A stretch of 64,000 bases of DNA from the IMG/VR virus record IMGVR_UViG_3300026023_000352, positions 28,133 through 92,132 of that record. The stretch is one strand, 5' to 3'. Below, piece after piece: positions 7,868 to 17,077 of the stretch. Origin of the DNA: a virus (lineage: Duplodnaviria > Caudoviricetes). The position numbers and the translations under genes are program-made. Under the pieces are notes generated by a model. It was given only the letters and a program-made list of their open reading frames with translations, was not told the DNA's origin and ran no database searches. Numbering within the stretch: the stretch's first letter is position 1; each line of letters opens with the position of its first letter.

Positions 7868-8263
7868 CTATAGGCGCTCAATGTCCCAAAGTAGGGTTTG
7901 ATAGGCGCTTTCGCCTAGCAGATTTTGCAACCGCTCGGATTGCCGCTTGATTGCGCGGAACGTCTTCTCGGCCCGGCGACTATCGGTATTGTAACCGTAA
8001 TCGTTGCACCAATCGTTGAAACCTTCTGCGTTGTGAAGTCCGCTCGCGTCACTGGCGAGGCAATCCAGAACATCAGCCAGCTCGGGTTGCTTTCCGTTGT
8101 GGCCTACTCCCATGCTGAACACTAGCGACATGCGGGACTTGCCGCTGCGGATCGTGCAACGCCAGTGATCCATTGTGGCGCTGTCTTCCATGCTTGGATT
8201 GTGATCGGTCCACGTTGCGTTCATGGACAATCCGGCTGATTTGATAAATTCTGCGATGGTCAT
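7868..8263 (-). CDS. phage hypothetical protein
   Basis: Shared motif; PELADVLDCLASDAS...FNDWCNDYGYNTDSRRAEK pattern. Confidence 0.8.
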   Translation of the reverse strand: MTIAEFIKSAGLSMNATWTDHNPSMEDSATMDHWRCTIRSGKSRMSLVFSMGVGHNGKQPELADVLDCLASDASGLHNAEGFNDWCNDYGYNTDSRRAEKTFRAIKRQSERLQNLLGESAYQTLLWDIERL

Positions 8264-8344
8264 TCCCGGTTCCTTCCGTTTTCATGCGGCCGATCCGCTA
8301 CGGTGCAGCACGGCACCGTTTCACGCGCTGGCCTAGCGCGATCT

Positions 8345-8560
8345 TCAGGCGGGTTTATTGCATGTTTTGCAGACTGCTGTTCCGCCATAGTATGGCGCCC
8401 ATTTCCATCCTTCCGGGCGATTGCGGAAAGATTGTGCGGCTTCGCCATATTCTTCAGTAAAGCAATTATCACAGAGAATGCGCAGAACGGGAGCGGGAGC
8501 AATATATCCGTTTCTGCTGTTCCATCCATGCATGGCGCCATGCTGTTCGAAATATGCCAT
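8345..8560 (-). CDS. small zinc-binding protein
   Basis: Shared motif; CDNC...CKTC. Confidence 0.7.
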   Translation of the reverse strand: MAYFEQHGAMHGWNSRNGYIAPAPVLRILCDNCFTEEYGEAAQSFRNRPEGWKWAPYYGGTAVCKTCNKPA

Positions 8561-8596
8561 TTCAGGTCCCTTCCGATTGTGCGTTGATAAGAGGAG

Positions 8597-9289
8597 TTAG
8601 CGAGCCAACCCGAGCTGCGATCTAATGTAGCGACGGATGCGCCTTAGATCGGTTGTGTCTAGCTTGCCGCCGTTCTGATCCGCCATTTGTGCGTAATATG
8701 CTGCGCCGTGGTCTGTAAGTCCGGCGAATTGCATCGCAAGGCGGTACATGGCGCGCGTGAAATATAGGCTTTCGAGCCAATCTCGCATAACGGATTTGCC
8801 TATATCTGGATTGAAACACCAAGGATCTCCGCCGCTTTTCTCTATCGATGGTAGACCGTTTTTGCGAACATGAGACATAAAACGGTCGATTAGTTTGCGA
8901 TCCGACAGTAGTTTCGTTGGCTTAACATCTGGCACAATTGTGCCATCAGATTTGATTTTGACGGTATTTTGAAACGGTGTTCCGTTTATATAGATATTGC
9001 CATTGCTGGTACGCACGCTATGCGGCGATGGCAAAAACCTGTTTAAACGATCGCGTGTTGTATGTGTATTATATCCGCCCGTATTAACTACGATTGCGCC
9101 ATTCTTGCGAAACTCCAATATCAGGGTTTCATGTAGAATGATAACACGATTTCCGTTTGTGTAGGTTGCTTCGATAGTGTTATTTGCTACACGTTTTGAC
9201 GATACCATTTCGCCAAGTCTGCTTGCGCGTGAACGAAGTTCCGCTACAGTTGCACTTCCGGGCGAATTAGCTGATATATATCCGGACAT
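8597..9289 (-). CDS. phage hypothetical protein
   Basis: Shared motif; LHETLI...NTGGYNTHTTRDRLN. Confidence 0.8.
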   Translation of the reverse strand: MSGYISANSPGSATVAELRSRASRLGEMVSSKRVANNTIEATYTNGNRVIILHETLILEFRKNGAIVVNTGGYNTHTTRDRLNRFLPSPHSVRTSNGNIYINGTPFQNTVKIKSDGTIVPDVKPTKLLSDRKLIDRFMSHVRKNGLPSIEKSGGDPWCFNPDIGKSVMRDWLESLYFTRAMYRLAMQFAGLTDHGAAYYAQMADQNGGKLDTTDLRRIRRYIRSQLGLAR

Positions 9290-9326
9290 TTCTCGGTTCC
9301 TTCCGATTGTGTGTTGCTGGGATTGG

Positions 9327-9530
9327 TTAGGAATTGCGCGGCTTAGTAAAGAGCACTTGCCGCGCGGCCTCCGCTATGACGCAACTCGCGAATAGCTTGG
9401 AATTGGGGTTTTCGCAGTTGGTGTGATGCTCAATCAGCGCGGCTAGTTCGCTGCGATCCATGCGGTACATACCGATACCGCGAATTGCTGACCATAGGTC
9501 TCTGTTTTCGATTTTGCGCGTTGTTGCCAT
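9327..9530 (-). CDS. small hypothetical protein
   Basis: Start reassigned to MATTRKIENR using the shared motif. Confidence 0.7.
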   Translation of the reverse strand: MATTRKIENRDLWSAIRGIGMYRMDRSELAALIEHHTNCENPNSKLFASCVIAEAARQVLFTKPRNS

Positions 9531-9580
9531 GATTCGGTTCCTTCCGATTGTACGTTGCTGGGGTTGATTAAAACTCAATC

Positions 9581-9655
9581 TCAGATTTTAGAGAAGTCGC
9601 GAAACAGTCTGCGATATATTCTTTTATGTCGTTTCTGTTTCGGTAGTGACATCAT
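9581..9655 (-). CDS. 24-aa basic micropeptide (absent from the ORF track)
   Basis: MMSLPKQKRHKRIYRRLFRDFSKI*, directly after a copy of the shared start motif. Confidence 0.55.
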   Translation of the reverse strand: MMSLPKQKRHKRIYRRLFRDFSKI

Positions 9656-9699
9656 TTCTCGGTTCCTTCCGATCCTAGATCCGGCCTGGTGCCGTGGGT

Positions 9700-9897
9700 T
9701 TAGAAAATTTCGCAGATGTTTTCTGGCAACACACGAAAGTTACGATCTAGCTTGCGTACATAAATGGTTATCCATTTGCGCCCAATATTCTGCACCGTTG
9801 CAACGCGCTCGCCGCGCATACTGATATCGGTTGTTGGGTGTGGATAAATTCGGATTATGTCACCGATTTCGAAATCGGTTGATTTGAACTGGCTCAC
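9700..9897 (-). CDS. small SH3/KOW-like hypothetical protein
   Basis: GTG start after the shared motif; FEIGDIIRI...ATVQNIGRKWITI. Confidence 0.7.
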   Translation of the reverse strand: MSQFKSTDFEIGDIIRIYPHPTTDISMRGERVATVQNIGRKWITIYVRKLDRNFRVLPENICEIF

Positions 9898-9948
9898 TTC
9901 GGTTCCTTCCGATCCTCGATCCGGCCCGCTGCCGTCTCAGTGATTGAG

Positions 9949-9977
9949 AATATAGGGCACTCAGTGCGCACTGTCAA
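9949..9977 (-). promoter_or_regulatory. sigma70 promoter with a palindromic operator in the spacer
   Basis: TTGACA-GTGCGCACTGAGTGCCC-TATATT (17-nt spacer); GCACT-G-AGTGC palindrome. Confidence 0.8.
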
Positions 9978-10197
9978 TCAGTTTTTTTATGGTGGCGCAA
10001 TTTTTTTCTATCTCCTCTGCAGCGCTGCGCCAAGCCAGCTCGATCCGCCGCGGTAGCGCGGCAATCGGCAAGCCGGCGCTGGTTTTCCCGGATAGCAGGT
10101 AGACGTAATAGCGGCGAGAAATGCCGATGGCGTCCGCGGCGCCTTGCGTGGATAGGCCGCTTGCGTCGTGCCAGGTTCGAAGGTCTGTCGGGGTCAT
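9961..10197 (-). CDS. XRE-family helix-turn-helix regulator
   Basis: MTPTDLRTWHDASGLSTQGAADAIGISRRYYVYLLSG. Confidence 0.85.
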   Translation of the reverse strand: MTPTDLRTWHDASGLSTQGAADAIGISRRYYVYLLSGKTSAGLPIAALPRRIELAWRSAAEEIEKNCATIKKLIDSAH

Positions 10198-10463
10198 AGA
10201 TCGCGCCATTTAATATTTTCACGAATATCAAAGTCTGTTCCGAAACATACTTTAACAATCATTTTAATAGTTTCTTTTTCTCCGTCAATTACGATTCGAC
10301 CTTTACCGAGATATTTACCGAATAACTTTCTCTGATCTTCCGCTTTTATTGTCCCGGTCCACTTGGCGAATATGCTATCGGCATTGATTAGAAGAAAATG
10401 CGCTAGATTTGCTGCAGGATCATCTCCCAAATTATTGGGAAGCCAATATCTCGATGCCGTCAT
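10194..10463 (-). CDS. hypothetical protein
   Basis: Shared motif; ATGA overlap with the HTH gene. Confidence 0.75.
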   Translation of the reverse strand: MTASRYWLPNNLGDDPAANLAHFLLINADSIFAKWTGTIKAEDQRKLFGKYLGKGRIVIDGEKETIKMIVKVCFGTDFDIRENIKWRDL

Positions 10464-10492
10464 GTCTCGGTCCCTTCCGTTCTGACACCGTA

Positions 10493-10521
10493 TATATAGG
10501 GCACTCAGTGCTCCATGTCAA
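10493..10521 (-). promoter_or_regulatory. sigma70 promoter with the same operator
   Basis: TTGACA-TGGAGCACTGAGTGCCC-TATATA. Confidence 0.8.
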
Positions 10522-10611
10522 CGGCAGAAATGCACAGGAATCGCAGAAAATTCGCGACACGTTCTGCAGCTCGCCCGACCGGCAAGCGCTGCAGTGGGAT
10601 AGCCGGCGGTA

Positions 10612-10953
10612 ATGCGAGCTGCAGCTAGCAGGTTGCGCACTAGCGACAGCCGGCGCGTTCGCCCGGTTCCGGCGCTGGAGAGGCCGAAAGCGACCCTCGA
10701 GTTCTACGGATCGGCTGCTTGGAAACGGTTGATTCGGGACATCATCGCTAGGCGCGGGCGACAATGCGAAGATCCGGCGTGCAAGACACCTAATAGAGGC
10801 CGCGGAAAGCGGGTCTATGGGGATCATATCGTCGAATTAAAGGATGGCGGCGCACCGCTTGACGCTGGCAACATCTTGCTTCGATGCGCTGCTTGCCATT
10901 CATTAAAGACGCACAAGGCTAAGCAACAACGTGAATTTGCGATCGATAGGTGA
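10612..10953 (+). CDS. packaging-associated HNH endonuclease (HK97 gp74-like)
   Basis: FYGSAAWKRL...CEDPAC...DHIVELKDGG...NILLRCAACHSLKT, directly upstream of terS. Confidence 0.9.
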   Translation: MRAAASRLRTSDSRRVRPVPALERPKATLEFYGSAAWKRLIRDIIARRGRQCEDPACKTPNRGRGKRVYGDHIVELKDGGAPLDAGNILLRCAACHSLKTHKAKQQREFAIDR

Positions 10954-11116
10954 TATCGACTCGCGGGCTTCGGCTGTTCGATTATCGCGACTCGCGGACT
11001 TCGGCTAGTGGTCGCTCTTAGTTTGTAGTAAGGGGGGGGGATGGTGCATAAACATTGTACTTCCTCCCCCACCGGCACTCCTGGACCTATGCAGACAATT
11101 TCTCCCTCTAACTTGA

Positions 11117-11461
11117 TTGAGGACAATCGTGCACGGCGGTAATCGCGTTGGCTCAGGCCACCCCGAACGGCTTCAGACGCCTGATGGCCTAAAGGGCAAA
11201 TATCAATCATCGCTAGAATTTGCAATGGCAGTTATCAACGATCCGGATGCGCCACTTGACGCAAAAATCCGTATCGCCATAGCGGCTATGCCATTCCAGC
11301 ACGCAAAGCTGGCCGAGCAGCCTGCGACTAAAAAAACTGATGCCGAGAGCGCCGCTGATGCGGCTGCAAAGGGTCGCTTTGCTGCTCCAGCCGGTCCTAA
11401 ACTGGCGGTGAACAATAGAACTACTGACTGGATGACAACTCTCCCCCGTTTGAATGGATAA
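11117..11461 (+). CDS. terS: terminase small subunit
   Basis: Lies between HNH and terL; LEFAMAVIND...AMPFQHAKL...GRFAAP..PKLAVNN. Confidence 0.7.
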   Translation: MRTIVHGGNRVGSGHPERLQTPDGLKGKYQSSLEFAMAVINDPDAPLDAKIRIAIAAMPFQHAKLAEQPATKKTDAESAADAAAKGRFAAPAGPKLAVNNRTTDWMTTLPRLNG

Positions 11462-11494
11462 AAAGATCGTTTGAATCAGTCTTTGACACAAAGA

Positions 11495-13162
11495 ATGCCT
11501 GAGTGGACTACTGCTTGCGCGGATTGGCAGGAACGCATTGTTAACCGCCAATCTCTCGTGCCGTGCGCGCCTTTATTCCCCGCTGAGGCGGAGGCGGCAC
11601 TCGACCAATTCCGGGCACTACGGCTTGTCGATGTCGCAGGATCGCCGACGGCGGGCGAAGCGTGCCGCCAGTGGGTGTTCGATTTTGTAGCTGCGATTTT
11701 TGGCGCTTATGATGAAGAACGTGGCCGGCGGCTTATTGGCGAGTTCTTTCTGCTTGTAAGTAAAAAGAACGGGAAGAGTTCGATCGCCGCCGGAATTATG
11801 CTTACAGCGCTGATTCGCAATTGGCGAATGTCGAACGAGTTCGTAATTCTGGCGCCGACAATTGAAATTGCCAATAATTCATTTTTTCCGGCGCGCGATA
11901 TGGTGCGCGCCGACGATGAGTTGAATGATTTACTACATGTCCAAGATCATTATCGAACGATTACGCACCGGCAAACCAAGGCAACTCTAAAAGTAGTCGC
12001 CGCCGACTCCGAAACGGTCGGCGGCAAGAAAGCGGCGGGTATCCTGGTCGATGAGCTGTGGCTGTTCGGAAAACGCCCGAACGCTGAGAATATGTTGAGA
12101 GAAGCAACTGGTGGACGGGCGTCGCGGCCAGAGGGATTTACCATTTTTCTCTCTACACAGTCGGATGAGCCTCCGGCCGGTGTGTTCGCGCAGGCGCTCA
12201 GCGACTATCGGGATATCCGGGACGGCAAGCTCGTGGCGCCGCGGCGCATGGGCGTGCTCTACGAATATCCGCCCGACATGGCTGAAGCCGAGGCTTTTCG
12301 CGATTCGGCGACTTGGTATGTGACCAATCCGAATCTCGGCGCGTCGGTCGATGAGGAGTTTCTTCATGACGAGCGCGACAAAGCCGAACGCGCGGGACGC
12401 GCATCAATCGCCGGCTTCTGGGCCAAGCACCTTAATGTCGAAATCGGACTTGGGTTGCGATCGAACCGCTGGGCCGGTGCGGAATATTGGGCTCGCCGAG
12501 CCGATCCGTCGCTGACGTTTGATGCCTTGCTGGAGCGCTGCGAGGTCATTGTTATCGGGATAGACGGCGGCGGGCTTGATGACCTATTCGGCCTGTGCGT
12601 CCTGGGCCGTGACCGCGAAACGAAAGACTGGCTCGCATGGGCTCATGCGTGGTGCCACGTCGGCGTACTTGAGCGACGCAAATCGATCGCTGCACGCCTC
12701 CGGGATTTCGAGAAAGCTGGTGAATTAACGATCGTTGAAGACGAGCTGGATGATCTTAGCGAAATTGTCGCGATCGTCGAACGGGTGAAAGACTCGGGTG
12801 TGCTGGCTGAGGTGGGCGTTGATCCCGCCGGATTAGGTGAGCTGGTTGATGCTCTCGCGTCAATCGGTGTTACTGAGGACAACAAGCTGCTGGTCGGGGT
12901 TGGCCAAGGCTATCGCATGATGAATGCGATTAAGACCAGTGAGCGGCGACTCGCGAATGGCACGCTCCGGCACAGCGGCAGTTCGCTGATGGCGTGGTGC
13001 GTCGGCAATGTGAAGATCGAGCCGACAGCGACCGCGATCCGCGCAACGAAGCAGAATGCGGGCGACGCAAAGATCGACCCGTGGTGCGCGCTAATGGATG
13101 CCTGCGACCGCATGAGCTTTGCCCCGCAAGGCGCGGCTGATGTCGAGGCAATGGTCGCTTAA
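11495..13162 (+). CDS. terL: terminase large subunit
   Basis: Walker A SKKNGKS, Walker B ILVDELW, NPNLG, nuclease IGIDGG and AKIDP motifs. Confidence 0.97.
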   Translation: MPEWTTACADWQERIVNRQSLVPCAPLFPAEAEAALDQFRALRLVDVAGSPTAGEACRQWVFDFVAAIFGAYDEERGRRLIGEFFLLVSKKNGKSSIAAGIMLTALIRNWRMSNEFVILAPTIEIANNSFFPARDMVRADDELNDLLHVQDHYRTITHRQTKATLKVVAADSETVGGKKAAGILVDELWLFGKRPNAENMLREATGGRASRPEGFTIFLSTQSDEPPAGVFAQALSDYRDIRDGKLVAPRRMGVLYEYPPDMAEAEAFRDSATWYVTNPNLGASVDEEFLHDERDKAERAGRASIAGFWAKHLNVEIGLGLRSNRWAGAEYWARRADPSLTFDALLERCEVIVIGIDGGGLDDLFGLCVLGRDRETKDWLAWAHAWCHVGVLERRKSIAARLRDFEKAGELTIVEDELDDLSEIVAIVERVKDSGVLAEVGVDPAGLGELVDALASIGVTEDNKLLVGVGQGYRMMNAIKTSERRLANGTLRHSGSSLMAWCVGNVKIEPTATAIRATKQNAGDAKIDPWCALMDACDRMSFAPQGAADVEAMVA

Positions 13163-13186
13163 CGAGACGCTGGGGAAGTTGACGGA

Positions 13187-13209
13187 AGGCCCGGTGGTGA
13201 CGGGCTTTT
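13187..13209 (+). terminator. hairpin/terminator after terL
   Basis: AGGCCCG-N7-CGGGCTT followed by TT. Confidence 0.45.
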
Positions 13210-13294
13210 CGGGCTGCAGACCCTATCCGTCGCGGCAAATTCTAGGCGCTTCCTTGCTAAATGCAAGCGCCTTCGCCTGACCTAAAGGCAAAAC

Positions 13295-15250
13295 ATGACG
13301 ACAATTCGTAAAACTGCGGCCGGCAAGGTCGCGGGCAGCCTTAGTTACGTGCTGTCCGATGACACCGTTGACCGCATGGGCGATGTTATTGAAGCGGGTG
13401 GTTGGGACCTGAAGTGGTTCAAGCTCAATCCTATTGCTTTATTTAATCATAACCCAAACGCACCAATCGGGAAATGGAGAAACGTTCGAGTCGATGGCGG
13501 TAAGTTAATCGCTGAACTCGAACCGGCACAGCGCGGAACATCGCAGCGTGTCGATGAAATCATTAGTTTGATCGAGCAGAACATCCTTCGGGCAACTTCC
13601 GTTGGGTTCATGCCGATCGATTCTGAACCGTTAGACAAAAACAACCCTTATGGGGGTCAGCGGTTCAAAAAACAGCAACTCTTGGAGACGAGCATAGTGT
13701 CGGTGCCTGCAAATCCGGCGGCATTACAACTAGCAAAATCCCTGAGTATTTCCGAAGAAACCATGAACCTAGCCTTTGGCGAGCATGCCGAAACGAGGCG
13801 TAGGGACATGACTAAAGCAGGCGAGCATGCCGAAACGAAGACCGCGAATGGCAAACGCCCGAGTGGCAGCCTGACGCTACCGAAAGTTAATCAAGTGACA
13901 AATCGTTCAGAACGTATTCAAGACATTCAACAGGGCCTCGTCGAAAAGAACAATAAGCGTGACGCGATCGAATGCGCCGATACGCTTGATGTTGAGGCTC
14001 TGGAGCAAATCAATATCGATATCGAGACCGCGGAGCGTGCGTTGGCTGCTCTGACTGCTGCGGAAGCCAAGGTTGGTGCCCGTGCCGCAGGCGGGGGCGG
14101 AATGCTTATGACGACGAACGGCTCGTCTGAGAAACAGGCGGCGCCCGCCATTCATCGCCGGCCTCTGGGTTTTCCACAGAAGGAGGTGAGTCCTCTAGAC
14201 TTGCTCGTCCGCTCGGCCATCGTCAATGGAACGGCCTGGTTTGGCAATAAATCGATCGAGCAAGCTCTTGAGGAGCGCTATCCGGGGCACGAGGCGACCG
14301 CCGCGGTTGTCCTCAAGGCCGATCAGACTCTCGGGACTACCAGCGGCTCGCATTGGGTAGATGACCTTCAGAGGTACAGCTACACGGCGCTTGTTGATGC
14401 GCTGCGTGGCCGTCGCATCTGGCCGGATCTGGTTGATGGCAGTATGTCGCTGTCGTTTGATGCGAGCGGAACCGCCTACATCCCCAGCCTAACTGCTGGC
14501 GGGGCGAATGGTGGGTTCTTCAGTGAGGGTTCGCCGATGCGTGTCGGTCGAATCACCACGGCATCGACAACGATGACTCCGCGCAAGATGGGCGTCATCA
14601 TTCCTTTCTCGCGGGAAGCGGCGAAGCGCAGCACCCCGGCTCTTGAGCCGCTGGTGCGTCGCGCCATCATCGATGATACCGGCAAGGTGCTCGACCAGGC
14701 CGTAATCGATGCCACTGCTGGCGATGCCGTGAGGCCGGCGGGATTGCTTAACGGCGTCTCGGCAACGGCCTCGGGCTTCGGCGGCGGTGATTACCAGGCG
14801 GTGATCGAGGACATCAACGCGCTCATGGCGCCGTTCGATAGTGCCGATGCGTCCGACGGATCGATCGCGCTTATCATGCACCCGGCGCAGGCGCGCAGGC
14901 TTGCCATGATGCCGGGGCCTGATGGCATGTTCGGCTGGGCCGATCGGTTCATGACGGAGTTCAAGGTTCTCCGCTCGACCTACGCCACGGCGAATCGTCT
15001 GATCGCGATCCGGCTGAATGATCTCATTACTGTTGCGGGCACTCCGGATTTCGAGGTCAGCAATAGTGCGGTCGTCCATATGGAGGACACCACTCCACTT
15101 GAGATTGTATCAGGGACGGGTCCCACAACCGCAGATCCTGTACGCTCCTTTTGGCAGACGGATTCGATGGGCGTCCGCATGGTTATGGACGTAAGCTGGA
15201 AGTTAGCAAGATCGGGCATGGTCCGATGGATTGATGGTACTACATGGTAA
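13295..15250 (+). CDS. fused HK97-type prohead protease and major capsid protein
   Basis: DRMGDVI...NPIALFNH...SVGF...LETSIVSVPANP (protease), a coiled-coil scaffold region, then an HK97-fold capsid ending SFWQTDSMGVRM. Confidence 0.95.
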   Translation: MTTIRKTAAGKVAGSLSYVLSDDTVDRMGDVIEAGGWDLKWFKLNPIALFNHNPNAPIGKWRNVRVDGGKLIAELEPAQRGTSQRVDEIISLIEQNILRATSVGFMPIDSEPLDKNNPYGGQRFKKQQLLETSIVSVPANPAALQLAKSLSISEETMNLAFGEHAETRRRDMTKAGEHAETKTANGKRPSGSLTLPKVNQVTNRSERIQDIQQGLVEKNNKRDAIECADTLDVEALEQINIDIETAERALAALTAAEAKVGARAAGGGGMLMTTNGSSEKQAAPAIHRRPLGFPQKEVSPLDLLVRSAIVNGTAWFGNKSIEQALEERYPGHEATAAVVLKADQTLGTTSGSHWVDDLQRYSYTALVDALRGRRIWPDLVDGSMSLSFDASGTAYIPSLTAGGANGGFFSEGSPMRVGRITTASTTMTPRKMGVIIPFSREAAKRSTPALEPLVRRAIIDDTGKVLDQAVIDATAGDAVRPAGLLNGVSATASGFGGGDYQAVIEDINALMAPFDSADASDGSIALIMHPAQARRLAMMPGPDGMFGWADRFMTEFKVLRSTYATANRLIAIRLNDLITVAGTPDFEVSNSAVVHMEDTTPLEIVSGTGPTTADPVRSFWQTDSMGVRMVMDVSWKLARSGMVRWIDGTTW

Positions 15251-15362
15251 ATATGTAGTAATAATTGCTACGTTATAGTGGTATGATATAAAGATCGAGC
15301 CGGGTCGCTGTTTCAGCAGCTTCCCGGCTCTGACCGAAACCGAACCGTGATGGAGTTCGATC

Positions 15363-16145
15363 GTGGCTAATGATATTATATTGCGCGCCGATGCGCGCGA
15401 TCAAGGGTTAAAGCGTTATTACACTGGAGTTCAGTGTCTTCATCATCATCTATCTGAAAGATTCGTCCGAGACGGTGGGTGCGTAGCTTGCATTTACAAA
15501 AAGAATGCAAATTGGGAAAAGCGCAATCCAGACAAGAGGCGAGCCTTACATGCGAGATGGGTCGAAGAAAACTTAGAATATGTTAAGACGAAACAGAAAG
15601 AATATCACGCCCAGTGGTACAAGAATAATCGTGATATAAAACTTTCAAAGAATGCTGAATATCTTAAAGCAAATCCAGATGTATCTAGAAAGTTGTCCAA
15701 AAAGTGGAGAGACTCTCATATAGAAGAGTCTCGCAAGAGATGCCGAGAATGGGAAAAAGCAAATCCTGATAAGCGAAGTGAGATCAACAAGAGAAAATAT
15801 AAAGCAAATCCAGAGCATTATCTTGCAAAGAATGCCAAATGGGCTAAGGAGAATCCAGAGAAAACCGCAGTTGTTCGCCGACGCCGCCGCGCCCGAGAAA
15901 AGGGAGCACCCGGCACCCACACCGCAGCCGAGGCCACCGCAATCCTAGTCGCGCAAAACTACCGCTGCGCATATTGCGATGCCGACTTACGGGTGGTGGA
16001 AAAACACCTAGATCACATTATCCCGCTATCGCGGGGCGGCTCGAATGATAAGTCCAACATCCAGTGGACGTGCAAGCCACACAATTTGCAGAAATCTGAT
16101 AAAGACCCCATAGAATACGCCCGCTCCATAGGTCTCCTGATATGA
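15363..16145 (+). CDS. HNH homing endonuclease with NP(D/E)K repeats
   Basis: RYYTGVQCLHHHLSER N-terminus; CAYC...HLDHIIPLSRGGSN...HNLQK. Confidence 0.9.
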   Translation: MANDIILRADARDQGLKRYYTGVQCLHHHLSERFVRDGGCVACIYKKNANWEKRNPDKRRALHARWVEENLEYVKTKQKEYHAQWYKNNRDIKLSKNAEYLKANPDVSRKLSKKWRDSHIEESRKRCREWEKANPDKRSEINKRKYKANPEHYLAKNAKWAKENPEKTAVVRRRRRAREKGAPGTHTAAEATAILVAQNYRCAYCDADLRVVEKHLDHIIPLSRGGSNDKSNIQWTCKPHNLQKSDKDPIEYARSIGLLI

Positions 16146-16309
16146 CCACCCCCATCGAAATCACCGACACGATGATTGATGCGGGAGTCGCCGCCTATCT
16201 TGGGCAAGCTGTACATGACCAGTTTAGCTACTGGACCCCTCGGGAATTGATCGAAATCGTGCTGAGGGCAGGGTTGACAACGGTAAGTGATAAGCATCCT
16301 ATTGAATAG
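16142..16309 (+). CDS. 55-aa hypothetical protein (absent from the ORF track)
   Basis: ATGA overlap; MTTPIEITDTMIDAGVAAYL... Confidence 0.55.
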   Translation: MTTPIEITDTMIDAGVAAYLGQAVHDQFSYWTPRELIEIVLRAGLTTVSDKHPIE

Positions 16310-16332
16310 GTCGGATCGATTAGCCAGAAGCG

Positions 16333-16560
16333 ATGAGCGACAAAAGGGCGCCTCGGCGTGGCGCTCCGATAACCCCACGGAATCGCATCCCGGTTGGGAT
16401 ACGCATGACGCCGGAACTGCGCCGTAAACTCGTTGAGCGAGCGGGCGCGAACGGGCGAAGTCTTACACAAGAGATTGAGATTCTGCTTGAGAAGGCGCTG
16501 GCCGACGATCGGCTTGAAGCCAAGCTAGTAGAGATTCGAAATCTATTATCGTTCGTCTAA
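16333..16560 (+). CDS. Arc-family ribbon-helix-helix DNA-binding protein
   Basis: GIRMTPELRRKLVERAGANGRSLTQEIEILLE. Confidence 0.85.
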   Translation: MSDKRAPRRGAPITPRNRIPVGIRMTPELRRKLVERAGANGRSLTQEIEILLEKALADDRLEAKLVEIRNLLSFV

Positions 16561-16658
16561 CAAGCTACAAAACTAAACCCCTGTCCAGTCTAAACCTTCA
16601 GCGCAGGGCCTCTTTCCCTGCGCCCTTTGCCATGTCCGCTCTACGCGGGGAGATGCCA

Positions 16659-17066
16659 ATGTCGATTCGTCAAGTTACCTCAATTTCTCAGAATTCGACG
16701 GTTCGGCGATTTCCCGTCACTGTGACCGTCGATGCAGATGGCGATGGCATATCATACACGCCCAGGATTTCGGGAGTGTTGGTTTCGATCCGCTACGTCA
16801 AGACAAGTTATGACGATGGCGTTGATTTCGTGATTTCCGGAGAAACGTCTACACAGACGCTTTGGTCCGAGGAAGATGTGAATGCATCGGCGACGCGATA
16901 TCCGCGTGGGCCGGATCATTCGACCGCTGGCGTCGGCGCGACATATGCAGCGCTTGGCGAGGCCGTCAACGATCTCATTGTCGTAGACAACGAGCGCGTA
17001 AAAATTGTCGTCGCAGAAGGTGGCGATACAAAAACGGGTACTTTTCATATCACTGTTGCCGGCTAA
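16659..17066 (+). CDS. putative head accessory protein, paralog A
   Basis: Beta-rich; closely similar to the next gene. Confidence 0.7.
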   Translation: MSIRQVTSISQNSTVRRFPVTVTVDADGDGISYTPRISGVLVSIRYVKTSYDDGVDFVISGETSTQTLWSEEDVNASATRYPRGPDHSTAGVGATYAALGEAVNDLIVVDNERVKIVVAEGGDTKTGTFHITVAG

Positions 17067-17077
17067 GGAGATATCAC

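Larger units (their letters stand above)
7164..10482 (-). promoter_or_regulatory. ten dispersed copies of a start-associated motif (T)CGGAAGG(A/G)ACCG-N2-7-ATG/GTG
   Basis: Copies lie immediately upstream of starts at 7163, 7437, 7794, 8263, 8560, 9289, 9530, 9655, 9897 and 10463. Confidence 0.9.

Noticed and set aside
10960-11116. cos site between HNH and terS (G9 run at 11032-11040)
   Set aside because: The position is plausible for an HK97-like phage, but the cut site cannot be defined without read-end data.
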